Of a stretch of 64,000 nucleotides of DNA, positions 51,051-62,290 are shown one piece after another. The notes under the pieces were generated by a model that worked only from the letters and a program-made list of their open reading frames with translations, had not been told where the DNA came from and did not search any database. How positions within the stretch are numbered: position 1 is the stretch's first letter; each line of letters begins with the position of its first letter. Source of the DNA: Folioceros fuciformis (Eukaryota); assembly GCA_049999805.1 (NCBI GenBank), contig JBNGIO010006131.1:121884-185883 (forward strand), written 5' to 3'. The position numbers and the translations under genes are program-made.

Positions 51051-52458
51051 ATGCAATCAATACATCTTCGTTGTGGATTTTCATCAAAAGACTTGCTAAG
51101 GTTAGTGGTCTTTGTTTGGTAGCCTGATTGGCTTCTGTAGAGATAAATGACCTCCAAGATTTTGGGAGGGCCATCAGTAATTGTGTGACCTATTGTTCCT
51201 TCTTCAGGTCAAGTCTTGTGGAGATAGCGTCGTCTAACGTCTTTTCCCAGGTTTCCAGGAAATCCGAGACTGATCCTCCATCCTTGAGTTTGATGGAGGC
51301 AAGCTTTTGAGCAGCGAGGAGTTGTGATGGTAAAATTACCTCCTGCAACGATGCCACAAGCTTGTCCCATAAGGATTTAGCATCAAGTTGTCGTCTCTCA
51401 GTAGGTAGGATTCTGTCTCCTATGTACAGGATGAGCTCCACGTGGGTAGAGGCATCCTTGACGATCCAAGCAAGTTCGTCTACATAATTCTTGGCTGGTC
51501 TAGGCTCAGAGCCGTTGACCACAGGCCATAGCATCAACGTTTTGAGGAGAGATTCCACCCGTATAGACCATGTCCCATAGTTGTGGTGAGTTAATTTTTC
51601 TATCTAGTAATGTCTTCCTTGTGTTGAAGGAAGAGTAGCCATCGTAGGCTACAGGAGTCATGGATCTATTCCATGCTCTGATACCATGTGTTAAACTGAG
51701 AATGGAGAGACTAAAAATTGTATTCTATGTGTTGATTGTATCACAAGCTGTACCGGGCAATGTTCTGATGGCTTGTTAACAAAAGAAATTTAGACTGCAG
51801 AATGATTTGCGGCAACTTCCCTACTCGTCGGGCTCACCTAAAAAAGCTAATGTCCTGCCAGCCTGCACTCATCACTACGACTATGACCACACCCCGCTGT
51901 CGCAGTGTCTCCATACCATAGTGTCTGCACCCGCGCTCCATCCCGGGTGCATTTTATCACCTGAGATGTTGATATTTTTTGGTAGATTACGTATGTGATG
52001 GCTCTCGCCCTTCCTTCTTGATCTTCCAGCTGCCTCGTATGCCTCATACCAGCTTATCTTGCGCCCTAGGAAGCCATGGTTGACCTGCCCCGATCTGTTT
52101 TGGACTTGCCACATTCTGACTTGCCATGATCTGCCTCTGCCCTGCCATGTTCGGTCTCCACTCTCCTGTGCTCAACTTCCGACTTGCCATGGTCAACTTC
52201 AAACCTAGTCTCCACTCTCCTACGCTCAAATTCCAACCTACTACGCTCAGATTTCGACTTGGTCTCCCCTCTCCCGCGCTCATGTTCTGACTTGCCACGC
52301 TTTGCTTCCTTTTTGGTCTTCGCTATCCCGCAGTCAACTTCCGACTGGCCATGCTCAGCTTCAAATTTGCCACATCAGCTTACGACATGCCGGGCTCAGT
52401 TTCTGACTTTCCTTGAGGGCACCTTCACCATTGCAATCGTTTAGTTGGTCAAGAAAAG

Positions 52459-53331
52459 GTGACCTGGACAGATGGAGGGACAGAGAGGTTGATCACGTTA
52501 TATCAAGACAAGTATTTTCAAGTCAACAAAGGAAATCTAGAGGTAAAGCATTGGCAGGAAATTTGCAGCTTGGTTTCCCCGTATTGCACTTGGAGTATTT
52601 GTTGGAAGCAATGTAAGCTGAAGGTAAAGGCACTGAAGAAGAAATATAAGCAAGAGGGAGGAAAGGTGAAGCACGCAACAGGGGGAACACCAAGCTCTTG
52701 GCCTTTCTTTGAGAAAATGGACTCCTTCTTGGGCACAAATCCTAAGTTTTGTGGCATTCCAAGTTCAATTGATGTGGGGATTTTTGTAGTTGATGGTACT
52801 TCTGCAGTTCATGAGGACCCAACCACTCTACATGTCATCGACCTTCAGGATGAAGACCTCAACCAAGATCCAGCAACCTCCCCAGCCAAGCTTGGTGGCA
52901 AGAACACCACACCAACTCCAATTCCATCCTCAGGGCCAGCTGCAGATTCTTGTGCCGATGATGGGCAAACGACGCCACATACTCCTCCATCACAAATAGA
53001 GAAGCTTGTTGGGGTGTCTGCACAACGAAATCAGGGCAAAGAAAGACCAGGAAGTTATCCTTTAGTGACAAGTCAAATTTTTCGTGAAGGTATGCAAGCT
53101 TTTGCTCAAAGTTATGTGCAAATTGAGGAAGCTAAGTTGCTTCATGCATGGGAGTTGGAGAGACAAAGACTTGAGTTCATGCAGAGTGTGAAACATGCTA
53201 AAATTCTTCATGACTTACAATGTCAACAAATGCAAGCCGAAGTCCAACTGAAAATAGCAGAATTGTTTGCTAGTTCTCGAGCACCAACAAAACAAAGTAG
53301 GCTTACTTTAGACTCTAATGATGAAAAGTGA
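52459..53331 (+). CDS. Harbinger Myb/SANT-like (trihelix) DNA-binding protein; start uncertain
   Basis: WTDGGTERLI...HWQEI...QCKLKVKALKKKYK...SSWPFFEKMD, C-terminal coiled coil. Confidence 0.8.
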   Translation: MTWTDGGTERLITLYQDKYFQVNKGNLEVKHWQEICSLVSPYCTWSICWKQCKLKVKALKKKYKQEGGKVKHATGGTPSSWPFFEKMDSFLGTNPKFCGIPSSIDVGIFVVDGTSAVHEDPTTLHVIDLQDEDLNQDPATSPAKLGGKNTTPTPIPSSGPAADSCADDGQTTPHTPPSQIEKLVGVSAQRNQGKERPGSYPLVTSQIFREGMQAFAQSYVQIEEAKLLHAWELERQRLEFMQSVKHAKILHDLQCQQMQAEVQLKIAELFASSRAPTKQSRLTLDSNDEK

Positions 53332-53480
53332 TTTTGCAAGTGAGTTTGTAGAGCTCATGGTTTTTTTGTATGTTATTCTAAGTGAGCAAGATGACATCAC
53401 ATTTAGTGTAACAAACAATAGCCCTACAAGTATCCAACATACAATAACTTTGTATGTGCCCTCATCAAATTCTGTACAAC

Positions 53481-54854
53481 CTAGCCACAATTTGTTGTAA
53501 CCCAGAACTCCAACAATGCTTTTCTTTGTTCTATGCTCACTCGTTGAAGTTGCTTCTCTACGGCATTCTCCAAATAAAATGGTTGATATTGCATAGGATA
53601 AGGGTTTGGATTTTCCCACACATTAGCCACATCAGGCTCCTTGTGCATGATGCAAAAATTATGTAGCATTGTGCAAGCTACTACAATTTTTTTTCAAATT
53701 TCCAAATGCATTTTCAATTTCACCCTTTCAAATTTCTATTGAACCGTTGCTTGTTTGATGAGCATGGTGTATCATATGGCTTTATAAGAAAAGGCATAAT
53801 TGGATAAGCACTATCACCAACAATAAAAGGCCGAACATTAGTGTTCCTAATCAATATTGTTGGCTCTGTCAAAATATCATGTAGATGCAATGTGGTCCAC
53901 ACATTACTCTTTTCTGGTCCACACATTACTCTTCCGGAGCATAGCAGAGTCATAGACGCCTCCTGGAGCAATGCAACTTACATCCAAAAAAATTTGATTA
54001 TAGTCACAAACTCCTTGAAGAATAACACTGTGCAGATCATGGCATGACCAATACGTAGCTGGAGTGTACTTGTTAGTAGGCCTAGCAGCTAATTTGATAT
54101 GTGAACCATCGATTGCACCCACCATATTTGGAGATCCTGTAATTGCAAAAAACTTATATGCACATGCTATTTGTCTTTGGCCATTTGGCATGCTGATGAA
54201 CTTTGAAGCCAACTTCCTTGGATTACTAAGGATGCTAGTAATCAGCTTGGTGTACTCTGTCACAGTGGAGGATCCAACTCCATAAGTGTTAGCCACAACT
54301 TCAGATGATGCTCCACAAGCTAGCCTGTGCAAGACCATGGCAACTCCAAGCTCAAGTTGTAGAGGTGGCTTGTTAGACTTCTTTTGAATATAAGGACACA
54401 ATTCTTCCACCAAAAGCTTGAAAGTTGTGTAGACCATCCTATACTTCCTTCTCCATTGAACATTCAACTGTTCTTGCCCCATAAAGTGCCAAGCATGCAT
54501 ATGTAATGAACTCGAAGTTGTATTTTGGCGTGGAAACTTCCACCAGAATCTCACTGAAGAATGCTGCTCAATATACAAATCAAAGAAATAAGCTCCAACC
54601 AATGAAAATACTAAAGGAACAACAAAATATCCATCATTACTCATCACAACATCATCCCATTCTGAGCTCCAAACCATAGGTTGGTCCATACATTCTACAC
54701 AAGATTTCATGAGAAAGTCAAATAACATATTAAATAACATGAGATCCATGACCTCAAGCAAATGAAGACAAGACACAACATTAGGGTTAGCACTAGGCAC
54801 ATGGACGTGAAGAAGCTGCAAGGCATACAAAGAGGAGACGAGGCTATGTATCAT
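53481..54854 (-). pseudogene. Harbinger DDE transposase, frameshifted
   Basis: YRM..TF..L, LHRLACG, VGAIDGSHI, LQGVCD, IVGDSAYP, LHNFCI spread over several frames. Confidence 0.88.
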
Positions 54855-55482
54855 CGAGGAGAAAAGAGGAGACGCTATTTTAATAGTAGATTCTTGAGAT
54901 CATAAAATCGCGAGTCATTAAGACCACGGCTCGGCCACCACCCGGTCCTGGGCTGTGCTGCGCAGTACGGAAAAAAAAAAACCGAATAAGGCGAAATGTG
55001 CCCGTTTTTAACGGTGAGCCTACGCACAACGCCCGGTTCTTATGTGAAGAGCCCCCTTGAGAGCACACCAGAGATCTTAAGTCTCGAAGAGACACGACTG
55101 TTCATGAACGGGCATGACTGTCTAAGTCCTAATTCCCCAGTCAGCTTATCTGTGTTCAGATATGCTCACAACTCAGATATCCTCACAACTGTGGCGCCGA
55201 CTTCGTGAAGGGACGGATGAAGATAATGCTCCGAGCAAACTGTACATCGTGCACGGTGTTGTTGTGGGGCATTTTCAGGTCTACCATTGACTGACTCAGG
55301 TGTGATGATGGACGTTGGATCACCACGTTATTCCTTCATGTTTCTTCATTCGTAGAAGCCGCAGGAAGGAAAGAGAGACGAAAAGATCACCCCAAATGTA
55401 GCAACCGTAGCAAGAACAACAGAAACAGGCGCCGGACGTGGAAGGCGGTGAGAGGTGGGAGTTAAAGAGCAAGGGAAAAAAG

Positions 55483-57300
55483 TCAGGAGTGCTCGAAACC
55501 GATAGGGTTGTGGAGTGGGATGACCTCAAACCGGTTGCCGAAGTTGATGCGCCGTGCCTTCACTTCAATGCAAGACATTCCAAAAAACATGGAAACGAGA
55601 ATATGGCGTGCCAAGCCTACTTCCTCCGCATCGTCGACCATATCAATGAAAAATTCCCCCTCCATCTCCACACCAGGATCAGTAGTGTAGCGCACTTCCC
55701 GAGCACTGGAGCTGACAATCCGCACAACCATGTGTCTCTGCCCTCTGAACTGAGGATAGAGGCTGTGCGTCACACACTGATGGATCCCGATCGCCTCCCC
55801 TTTCCTCACGAACGCACTAAAGCGGGTACCGCACCTCTTGCCCCCCGCCGTGCTCACAGCGGCGTCCTCGGGATCACCAGGCTCGAACGGCAGCAGCTCC
55901 TGGATACCGTAGGTCTTGCGGGAAACCCTAGAACCCACGGTCCGGGGAAAGAATCCGAACAGAACAGCGCCCTGGCAAACAGCGCTGCCGGCATCAGGCG
56001 GCAGGATGACGCCACCATTCAGCTCCTCCTGGAAGGCTGTCTTCACCTTGTTCCTCAGATAAGGAGACGCCGAGAAGCCGCCAACCAGCAGCACAGCCAT
56101 GGTGCGCGACGTGAGCTGCTGCCGGATGAGCCCGATGCACTGCTCAACCACAGGGTCGAAGATCAGAGCCATGTCCTCCGGTGAAATCTCCAAGTCATCG
56201 AAATCCATTCCCAAATTCCGCCTCTTCATCTCCCTCCGCAGCTTGGCCGGGATCTCGAGCTCCTGCACCTCCGGATCTTCGTCCGCTCCATACACCGCCT
56301 TGATCTCCTCCCACCTACGCAACATCACCGTTTTCACGCTCGGAGTGACGGACACCACATCATCGAAGCAAGGGATCTTGACGCTCACAAACTTGAGAAA
56401 ATTCCTGTCCACAAACGCTCCCCCACACATGTCCCCGCTGCTCTGCCGAACCTCCCGCAGCAGCAGGTCTTCCCCTTCCTGGCTCTCCTTGGTGTGCACC
56501 ACGATATCCACCGTCCCCCCTCCCACATCCGCCACCAAGAATTCATCTCCCTTGGCCAGCCGCAGCTGCCGCCCCTTTGCGCAGTAGACCGACGCCGCCT
56601 CGGACTCGAGCACGATGAGCAGCGGATGCGGGCTGGCTGTTCCCGACTCCTGGGGCGGACAGAGCAGGCCAGTCACGAGCCCGGCCCGCTGCGCACAGTT
56701 CCTCATCACCTGCTTGGCCGCGTCGTCCCAGATTGCAGGCACTGTGAGGCACCACTGCACCTGCTGCGCCTTGACGTTGGCCTCCCTGTAGATTGCCTGG
56801 ACGTGAGACAGCGCAAACCTGCCAATGCTGCGCAGGTAGTCGGTGATGGCCCGCACAGCCGTGACACCCGGGAGGATCTCCGCCGTCTCGGTCCCCGGCT
56901 CCGGCTCCGGCTCCGCATCCTCATTCCTCCCGCCGCGCCAGAAGCCGGATCCCCTGGATCTGAAGAGCAAACTTCCGAGCTTGCCTGGCCGCGGGGCCAA
57001 GAGGAGCTTGAATTGACTCACCAGCGCGCCGTGGGAAATGCTCATCTCCTTCTCCTTCACGTGGTGCATCGGCGCGGGCCATCCCCACAGAGTAGCCTCG
57101 TACTCAGGCGCCTCCGCTGTGCCGTTGTTGAAGTAGAAGATGCTGGTGGGCGTCTTGCAGTAGGATTTGCCAACCTGTCCCGGCCACTCGTAAAAGGTGA
57201 ACACCTTGTCCGGCTCGTCTCTGTGGCCGTAAGCGAAGCCCGAGAACGTGGTCCCGAAATCCACCCCGATCACCAAACGAGCCTCCCCCCCGGCCGACAT
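55483..57300 (-). CDS. HSPA12-type atypical Hsp70 (actin-like ATPase), copy 1, intronless, 605 aa
   Basis: VIGVDFGTTFSGFAY, WCLTVPAIW, VLESEAASVYC, VADVGGGTVD, LLVGGFSASPYL, RVSRKTYG; no helical lid or EEVD. Confidence 0.9.
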   Translation of the reverse strand: MSAGGEARLVIGVDFGTTFSGFAYGHRDEPDKVFTFYEWPGQVGKSYCKTPTSIFYFNNGTAEAPEYEATLWGWPAPMHHVKEKEMSISHGALVSQFKLLLAPRPGKLGSLLFRSRGSGFWRGGRNEDAEPEPEPGTETAEILPGVTAVRAITDYLRSIGRFALSHVQAIYREANVKAQQVQWCLTVPAIWDDAAKQVMRNCAQRAGLVTGLLCPPQESGTASPHPLLIVLESEAASVYCAKGRQLRLAKGDEFLVADVGGGTVDIVVHTKESQEGEDLLLREVRQSSGDMCGGAFVDRNFLKFVSVKIPCFDDVVSVTPSVKTVMLRRWEEIKAVYGADEDPEVQELEIPAKLRREMKRRNLGMDFDDLEISPEDMALIFDPVVEQCIGLIRQQLTSRTMAVLLVGGFSASPYLRNKVKTAFQEELNGGVILPPDAGSAVCQGAVLFGFFPRTVGSRVSRKTYGIQELLPFEPGDPEDAAVSTAGGKRCGTRFSAFVRKGEAIGIHQCVTHSLYPQFRGQRHMVVRIVSSSAREVRYTTDPGVEMEGEFFIDMVDDAEEVGLARHILVSMFFGMSCIEVKARRINFGNRFEVIPLHNPIGFEHS

Positions 57301-57954
57301 TGCGGCAGAGTCGATGCGAGGCAACTCACCTCACTCCCCTCTTCGAAGGGACAGTTTTTGTAAGGTGCGAATTGAGTCATGCCACCGCGGATGCGGGCTG
57401 GGCGGCTTTTTGTTTAAACAACTCACGACTATGTCAAAGTGCTACAGCAGGTAATCGCGCACCAACTCCCAGGATAAGGCAAATGCGATCCTACTCGCAA
57501 CAATTGCCTCCACCCGCCGCACGCAGATTCCTGCGGGAGACTCCAGCACAGCTCCAATCGCAATCTTTCTTCACGGCTTCCTCACCTAGCTTGTAAATTG
57601 CGTCTTCCCGTTTCCCCGTGTGCGGAATGCTGCAGCTGTTTCTTGTTTGCTTGCTGCCAGGCACTGGTTGCAATTTTGACAGCTTGGTCTAGCCTGCTGC
57701 AACTTGTGTGCGGACCTGATCCATTTGCTTGTTGTGTTGTCACCTTAGAATGCCCTCGGTCCCGGGTGGTGTCTTTCCTCTGCCAGACTACAGCTAGCTA
57801 GCGCACCGCACGTGTGCCTGCTAAGACTACCTAGGGTCGAAGCCTCGGCCCGAATTTGATGTGGCAGGCTGTTGCAGGAAGGGATCCCGAATTTCGCTGA
57901 CAAGTGTTGGAGTGGGTGGTTGTGTGGCTCCAGGAAACCGCAGACAGAGGAGCC

Positions 57955-59845
57955 ATGAAGACGCTCAAAACGATATTCAGAATGGACAAGAAGCCCAAGA
58001 ACCCTGGACATCTGGAGTCGGGCTATGGCATCATAGAGAACGAGGTACCACTGTCCTGGAGTTGGATGGCTTATCACCTCTGGCAATGCTTTGCGGAGCT
58101 AGGAAGAAGCGCACTTCCTGGATTGCCGACTGACCAGTGTGCTTCTCTTTTGCAACATGTAGTCGTTTCTGCCATCGTCGTCATTAAGGGAGCCTTACAC
58201 TTCATCTACCGCAACTCAGTTCACGGCGACCCAACCCTTACCAGCTTTGGTGCAGAAGTCGGCTCCACTGAGACCCGCCCAGATAGATGGAAAAGTGTTC
58301 GGGGGTATGGTCCCGAGGCTGGGCCAGGTGTCTATTCAGTATCTATCTGCGCTGGATAATCTTGAAGCTGGATGCCAGAAAATGATAGAGTTGGCCTCCC
58401 AGGCTAGGCAGGATCACGAGTTCAAATGTAGAGGTGTGGTGGAGTTACCGGCCAGGACAGCTGATGGCGTGATTGTGCAGGCTCGGATTTCAGAACGGGA
58501 GGGGAGGGGAGAAGGGTGGGAGGGTACGAAGAAAAGCAGGTACTATCTTCCTGCCAGAGTACCAGTTGCCCAGGGCTACGGTCACCCTCTGAGCCGAATA
58601 ACCCAGATTCAGCAAAACCACCATCGGCGTACAGGCTCGTGGGATGAGAGCGCTCACCACACCGGGCAGCGAGAAGGAACAGATGATGAGCTGTCTAATC
58701 TGAAACAATGGAGCAACCGCACTGCAGAGATTGTGTTGGAGATTGTGGAGCATCACAGGCAGCTGCAGCTGCTGCTGGCGCTGCCGGAGGTGCAGCAGGC
58801 ACGGCAGAATCGCTACTCGCACGCCAGTGTCACGGAGTTGAGGCAAGAGGTCCAAAGTCGCGCTGGCCGAGTGCAGTCTTTCGATTTGAGATTGCACACG
58901 CCTGATAGGATGAGGAAGGACTCTTTCGATTGGAGAGGCCAATATGAGATCTCTAACCATGATCAGTACGGGTCTCCGATCGGGACCGCATCGCCGAAGC
59001 GGAATGAGCAGGAGGCAGCCTACCAGGAGGCATGGAATACCAGGAACGGTGAGGACGAAATTTCAAAGCTGAAGGAGGAGATTAGGGCTGGGCAGCAGCA
59101 GGTGCAAACGCTGACGAGGTTGGTGGAACAGGATACCGCAAGAAAGTCGAGGGCCGGAGCTTACACGGATGGTGAAGCAACACCTGCGCAGCTGGATGAT
59201 CATGTGAGGATCGTGAAAGACAAGCTGCTGCTGTTTGCCAAGGAGTATGTGACGGTGATGGAGAAAGCGGGGTTGGCCTATGGAGATTCCCAACTGATCA
59301 GGAGGGCGAGATTGGCACGGACGACCCACCGCAAGTACCTCGCGGCCCATGCCATATCGACTGTCATGTTTCAAGGGTTCGAAGTTGATGGGTTTTGCGG
59401 GCCCGGGCCTTTGGATGTGGACAAGACACGCGAAGCCTTCTTCGAGGAATTCCAACAGCTCAATTCCAACAAAACAGTGGTGGACCTGAATTCGGCCAAC
59501 TCCAGCAGCAAGATTGTGCAATTTGCTAGTAGCAAGTTCTTCAGCATTACCCCTAGGCAGCTTGTCCCGACATGTCAACAAACTCACCACCCCTACTACA
59601 GAAGGTTCGTCGCTCTTGCAACCGCATTATGGTTGCTGCAAAGGTTGGCTCTCTCCTTTCTGCCCGTCGCAAAGATCTTCCGAGTGGATAGTGGAGCAGA
59701 CTTCAATGCTTCGTTCATGACTAACATTGTGGATGAAGACGAACATGCTTTCCTTCCCAAAGTGGCCTTCATGGTTCTTCCGGGCTTCCATGTAGGGAAA
59801 GTCGTCATAAGAAGTGAGGTGTACTCTCAAATTTCTGCATCCTGA
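57955..59845 (+). CDS. GIL1/IRK-interacting-like coiled-coil protein, about 590 aa (exon 57955-58044, exon 58163-59845)
   Basis: Phase-0 GT-AG intron 58045-58162; coiled coils; C-terminus FVALATALWLLQRLALSF..IFRVDSGADFNASFM...KVAFMVLPGFHVGKVVIRSEVY. Confidence 0.85.
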
Positions 59846-60159
59846 AGTTGCTCATCTTCTCCGGGAGACGATTGTGTGGAGCAGTCAAATTTTATGTATC
59901 TGGCGTCAGGAATGAGAAAGGGCTTGCAGATTTGTGGGAGCCTGTGATAGTTCCTTCCTAGCTATGTAATTATGAATTGCGCACGCACACACCACACTTG
60001 TAGGAGGAGATAATAAGAGGTTGCTTCTCCACGTGCAGTTCGAATTGAATGGCTAGCTCCCCCAGCCCTCTTCCTTCGCTTCTTCAGGCCACAGAGACAT
60101 GTATGGCGTCGTATACTTTTGCACTGCCGCATCAGGCCTCTGATTGCGCAAGCCAACCG

Positions 60160-62019
60160 TTAAACGACGGGTGCATCGAGTGTCAAGCCGACGACATCGT
60201 GCATTACAACCACCTCATTCCGATCCCCAAAATTCAGGCGCCTAGCCTTAACCTCAATACACGACAATCCAAAGTACATGGACAGCTCCACTTCCCTGTT
60301 CAGATCCAGTTTCGTAGGATCGTCAGATATGTCCATGCTGAAGGTAGCCTCCAGCTTCACTCCCGCGTCGCTGGTGTAGCGCACCTCTTGTTCCTCCGAG
60401 CTATAGATGTTGATGTTGAGGGTATTGAGGCCACACACCGAGGGGCTTCCCCTGTACTTGACGTAGTGCTCGATGGGGATTTCCTGACCTTTCCGGACGT
60501 AGGGCGTGAAGGTGTTGATGCAGTAGGCCTTTCCCTGCGACATGGTCTTGTAAGCAGGGGGATCCCCAGGCTGGAACGGACGCATCTGCTGGATCCCGTA
60601 CGTCTTGCGGCTAATCCTGGAGGTGACCACCTCTGGCACCAAGCCGAAGAAGACGGCCCCCTGGCACACAGCGCTGCCGGGATCTGGGGGGGTCACAATC
60701 CGATCAGCCAGCTGCCGGGCGAGGGCCTCCTTCACTCTGAACCTGAGATACGGCGAGCAAGAGAAGCCACCAACCAGCAGCAGCATCTTCACCTGCGGAG
60801 TCACCCGCTCCCGGATCAACGCAATGATCCTGTCCACCACCGGGTCGAAAAGGGCCCGCATATCAATCGCCGTGATCACCATCTCGTTGTAGTTCTCAGA
60901 CTGGTACCCTATTCTCTCATCGTAGGCCTTCCAGGCCCGGGACACGTTGGAGGGAATTTCAAAGTCCTCCGGCCCCCACTGGTCATCTCCATCGAATGAC
61001 ACCTTCAGGTCCACCCATCGTTTCAGCACCTTGGTGAGAGTAGCAGGAACCCGGTGCACCTCGTCCAGGAAGCAGGGAATCCTTTGGCTCAGAAGTCCCA
61101 GAAAGCCCTGGTCCACATGCGTCCCCCCGAAGAGATCCCCCGAGCTCTGCGACTTCTCCTGCAGCCGGAGGTCGGAATTGCTGTCGTTCTGCTTGGTGTG
61201 CACCACGATGTCGGTGGTCCCGCCCCCCACGTCCGCCACCAGGAACTGGTCCCCCTTCCGGAGATCGAATTGGGAGGATTTGCGCGCGCAGTACACGGAC
61301 GCCGCCTCCGACTCCAGCACGCTCAGCAGCGGGAACGGGCTGGCGCTCGCCACTCTCTCCAGGGGGCAGAAAGGCCCGGTGGCCAATCCCGCCATCTGGG
61401 CGCACCTGCGCATGGTCTGCTTGGCTGAATCGTCCCATATGGCGGGCACGGTGAGACACCACTGAATGTCCCTGGACGCGATGTGAGGCCCGTACTTGTC
61501 CCTCAGGTGCTCGATCACATACTCCGCTATCTTCAACAGGTATTCGGTGATGCAGTCCGCTACGGTGATCCCCTCCGGCAACCTGGCCAAGGCATCCAGC
61601 TCCCCTTGCTGCGCCCTCCTCCATGGTCCCTCCGCAGCCAGATGGAGCTTGAATTTGAAGAGGAAGACGCCGGCGCTCTCTACACCTCCCCCGGGCCGCC
61701 CCGCCCGATTCCTGAGCTGCCTTAAGTGCGCCTGCTGCGCCCCCCAGCCCCAATGCGTAGCCCTGTACTCGGCCCCAGGCCGCTCTCGCACGTAGTACAG
61801 GCTCGTCTGCGTCTTGCAGTAGCTCTTCTCCTGCCCTGGCCACTCGTAGTGGCAGAACACCTTATCCGGCTCGTCTCTGTGCGCGAACGCAAAGCCCGAG
61901 AATGTGGTCCCGAAATCCAATCCCACTACGATCTTGGCCTCCCCACTGTCATGCGACACGCTGGTACTCGTACTCGTTCCTGCGCCTATCTTCGACTTCC
62001 CTTTCCGGTAGGCCGCCAT
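60160..62019 (-). CDS. HSPA12-type atypical Hsp70, copy 2, intronless, 619 aa
   Basis: IVVGLDFGTTFSGFAF, WCLTVPAIW, VLESEAASVYC, VADVGGGTTD, LLVGGFSCSPYL, RISRKTYG. Confidence 0.9.
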   Translation of the reverse strand: MAAYRKGKSKIGAGTSTSTSVSHDSGEAKIVVGLDFGTTFSGFAFAHRDEPDKVFCHYEWPGQEKSYCKTQTSLYYVRERPGAEYRATHWGWGAQQAHLRQLRNRAGRPGGGVESAGVFLFKFKLHLAAEGPWRRAQQGELDALARLPEGITVADCITEYLLKIAEYVIEHLRDKYGPHIASRDIQWCLTVPAIWDDSAKQTMRRCAQMAGLATGPFCPLERVASASPFPLLSVLESEAASVYCARKSSQFDLRKGDQFLVADVGGGTTDIVVHTKQNDSNSDLRLQEKSQSSGDLFGGTHVDQGFLGLLSQRIPCFLDEVHRVPATLTKVLKRWVDLKVSFDGDDQWGPEDFEIPSNVSRAWKAYDERIGYQSENYNEMVITAIDMRALFDPVVDRIIALIRERVTPQVKMLLLVGGFSCSPYLRFRVKEALARQLADRIVTPPDPGSAVCQGAVFFGLVPEVVTSRISRKTYGIQQMRPFQPGDPPAYKTMSQGKAYCINTFTPYVRKGQEIPIEHYVKYRGSPSVCGLNTLNINIYSSEEQEVRYTSDAGVKLEATFSMDISDDPTKLDLNREVELSMYFGLSCIEVKARRLNFGDRNEVVVMHDVVGLTLDAPVV

Positions 62020-62290
62020 CAATGACACAGGTGGCAGCTCCTCACATCAGCAGCTAGCGAGCCTGGTCTGGATCTTGGGAAAACCGGGTTGGTCTGTCCA
62101 CTCTGGTATCACGCACTTGCCCTATTCGTATGCTTCAAGGGGCTCTTGCTCGAACAGGGCGCAGTGGGAGTCCCGCCGTATTGGGGGCGGAGATTGGGCC
62201 CCGCCTGCTCCGAACTGGTGAAGACCTCCCTTGGACACTACTTTTGCGCGTCCAGTGACCTGTCAGTGACCAGTACATTGCCGGGCTACA

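Larger units (their letters stand above)
51754..55056. mobile_element. PIF/Harbinger DNA transposon inserted in the Copia 5' LTR; ends approximate
   Basis: Convergent Myb/SANT ORF and DDE transposase; LTR sequence stops at 51753 and resumes near 55057; TIRs not clearly matched. Confidence 0.85.
41460..55187 (-). mobile_element. Degenerate Ty1/Copia LTR retrotransposon hosting two nested elements
   Basis: 3' LTR ~41460-41651 next to a PPT; PBS TGGTATCAGAGC at 51686-51675; 5' LTR split into 51687-51753 and ~55057-55187; TSD ACCGT/ACTGT; gag, CCHC knuckle, LDLGATEHM protease, integrase, RT (KARFVARGF, LYVDDL), RNaseH. Confidence 0.9.

Noticed and set aside
55188-55215. TGGCGCCG as the primer-binding site of another LTR element
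   Set aside because: Overlaps the Copia TSD and no matching LTR pair or gag follows
56494-61843. Long overlapping antisense or alternate-frame ORFs over the Hsp70-like genes
   Set aside because: Expected from GC-rich codon usage; no recognisable motifs
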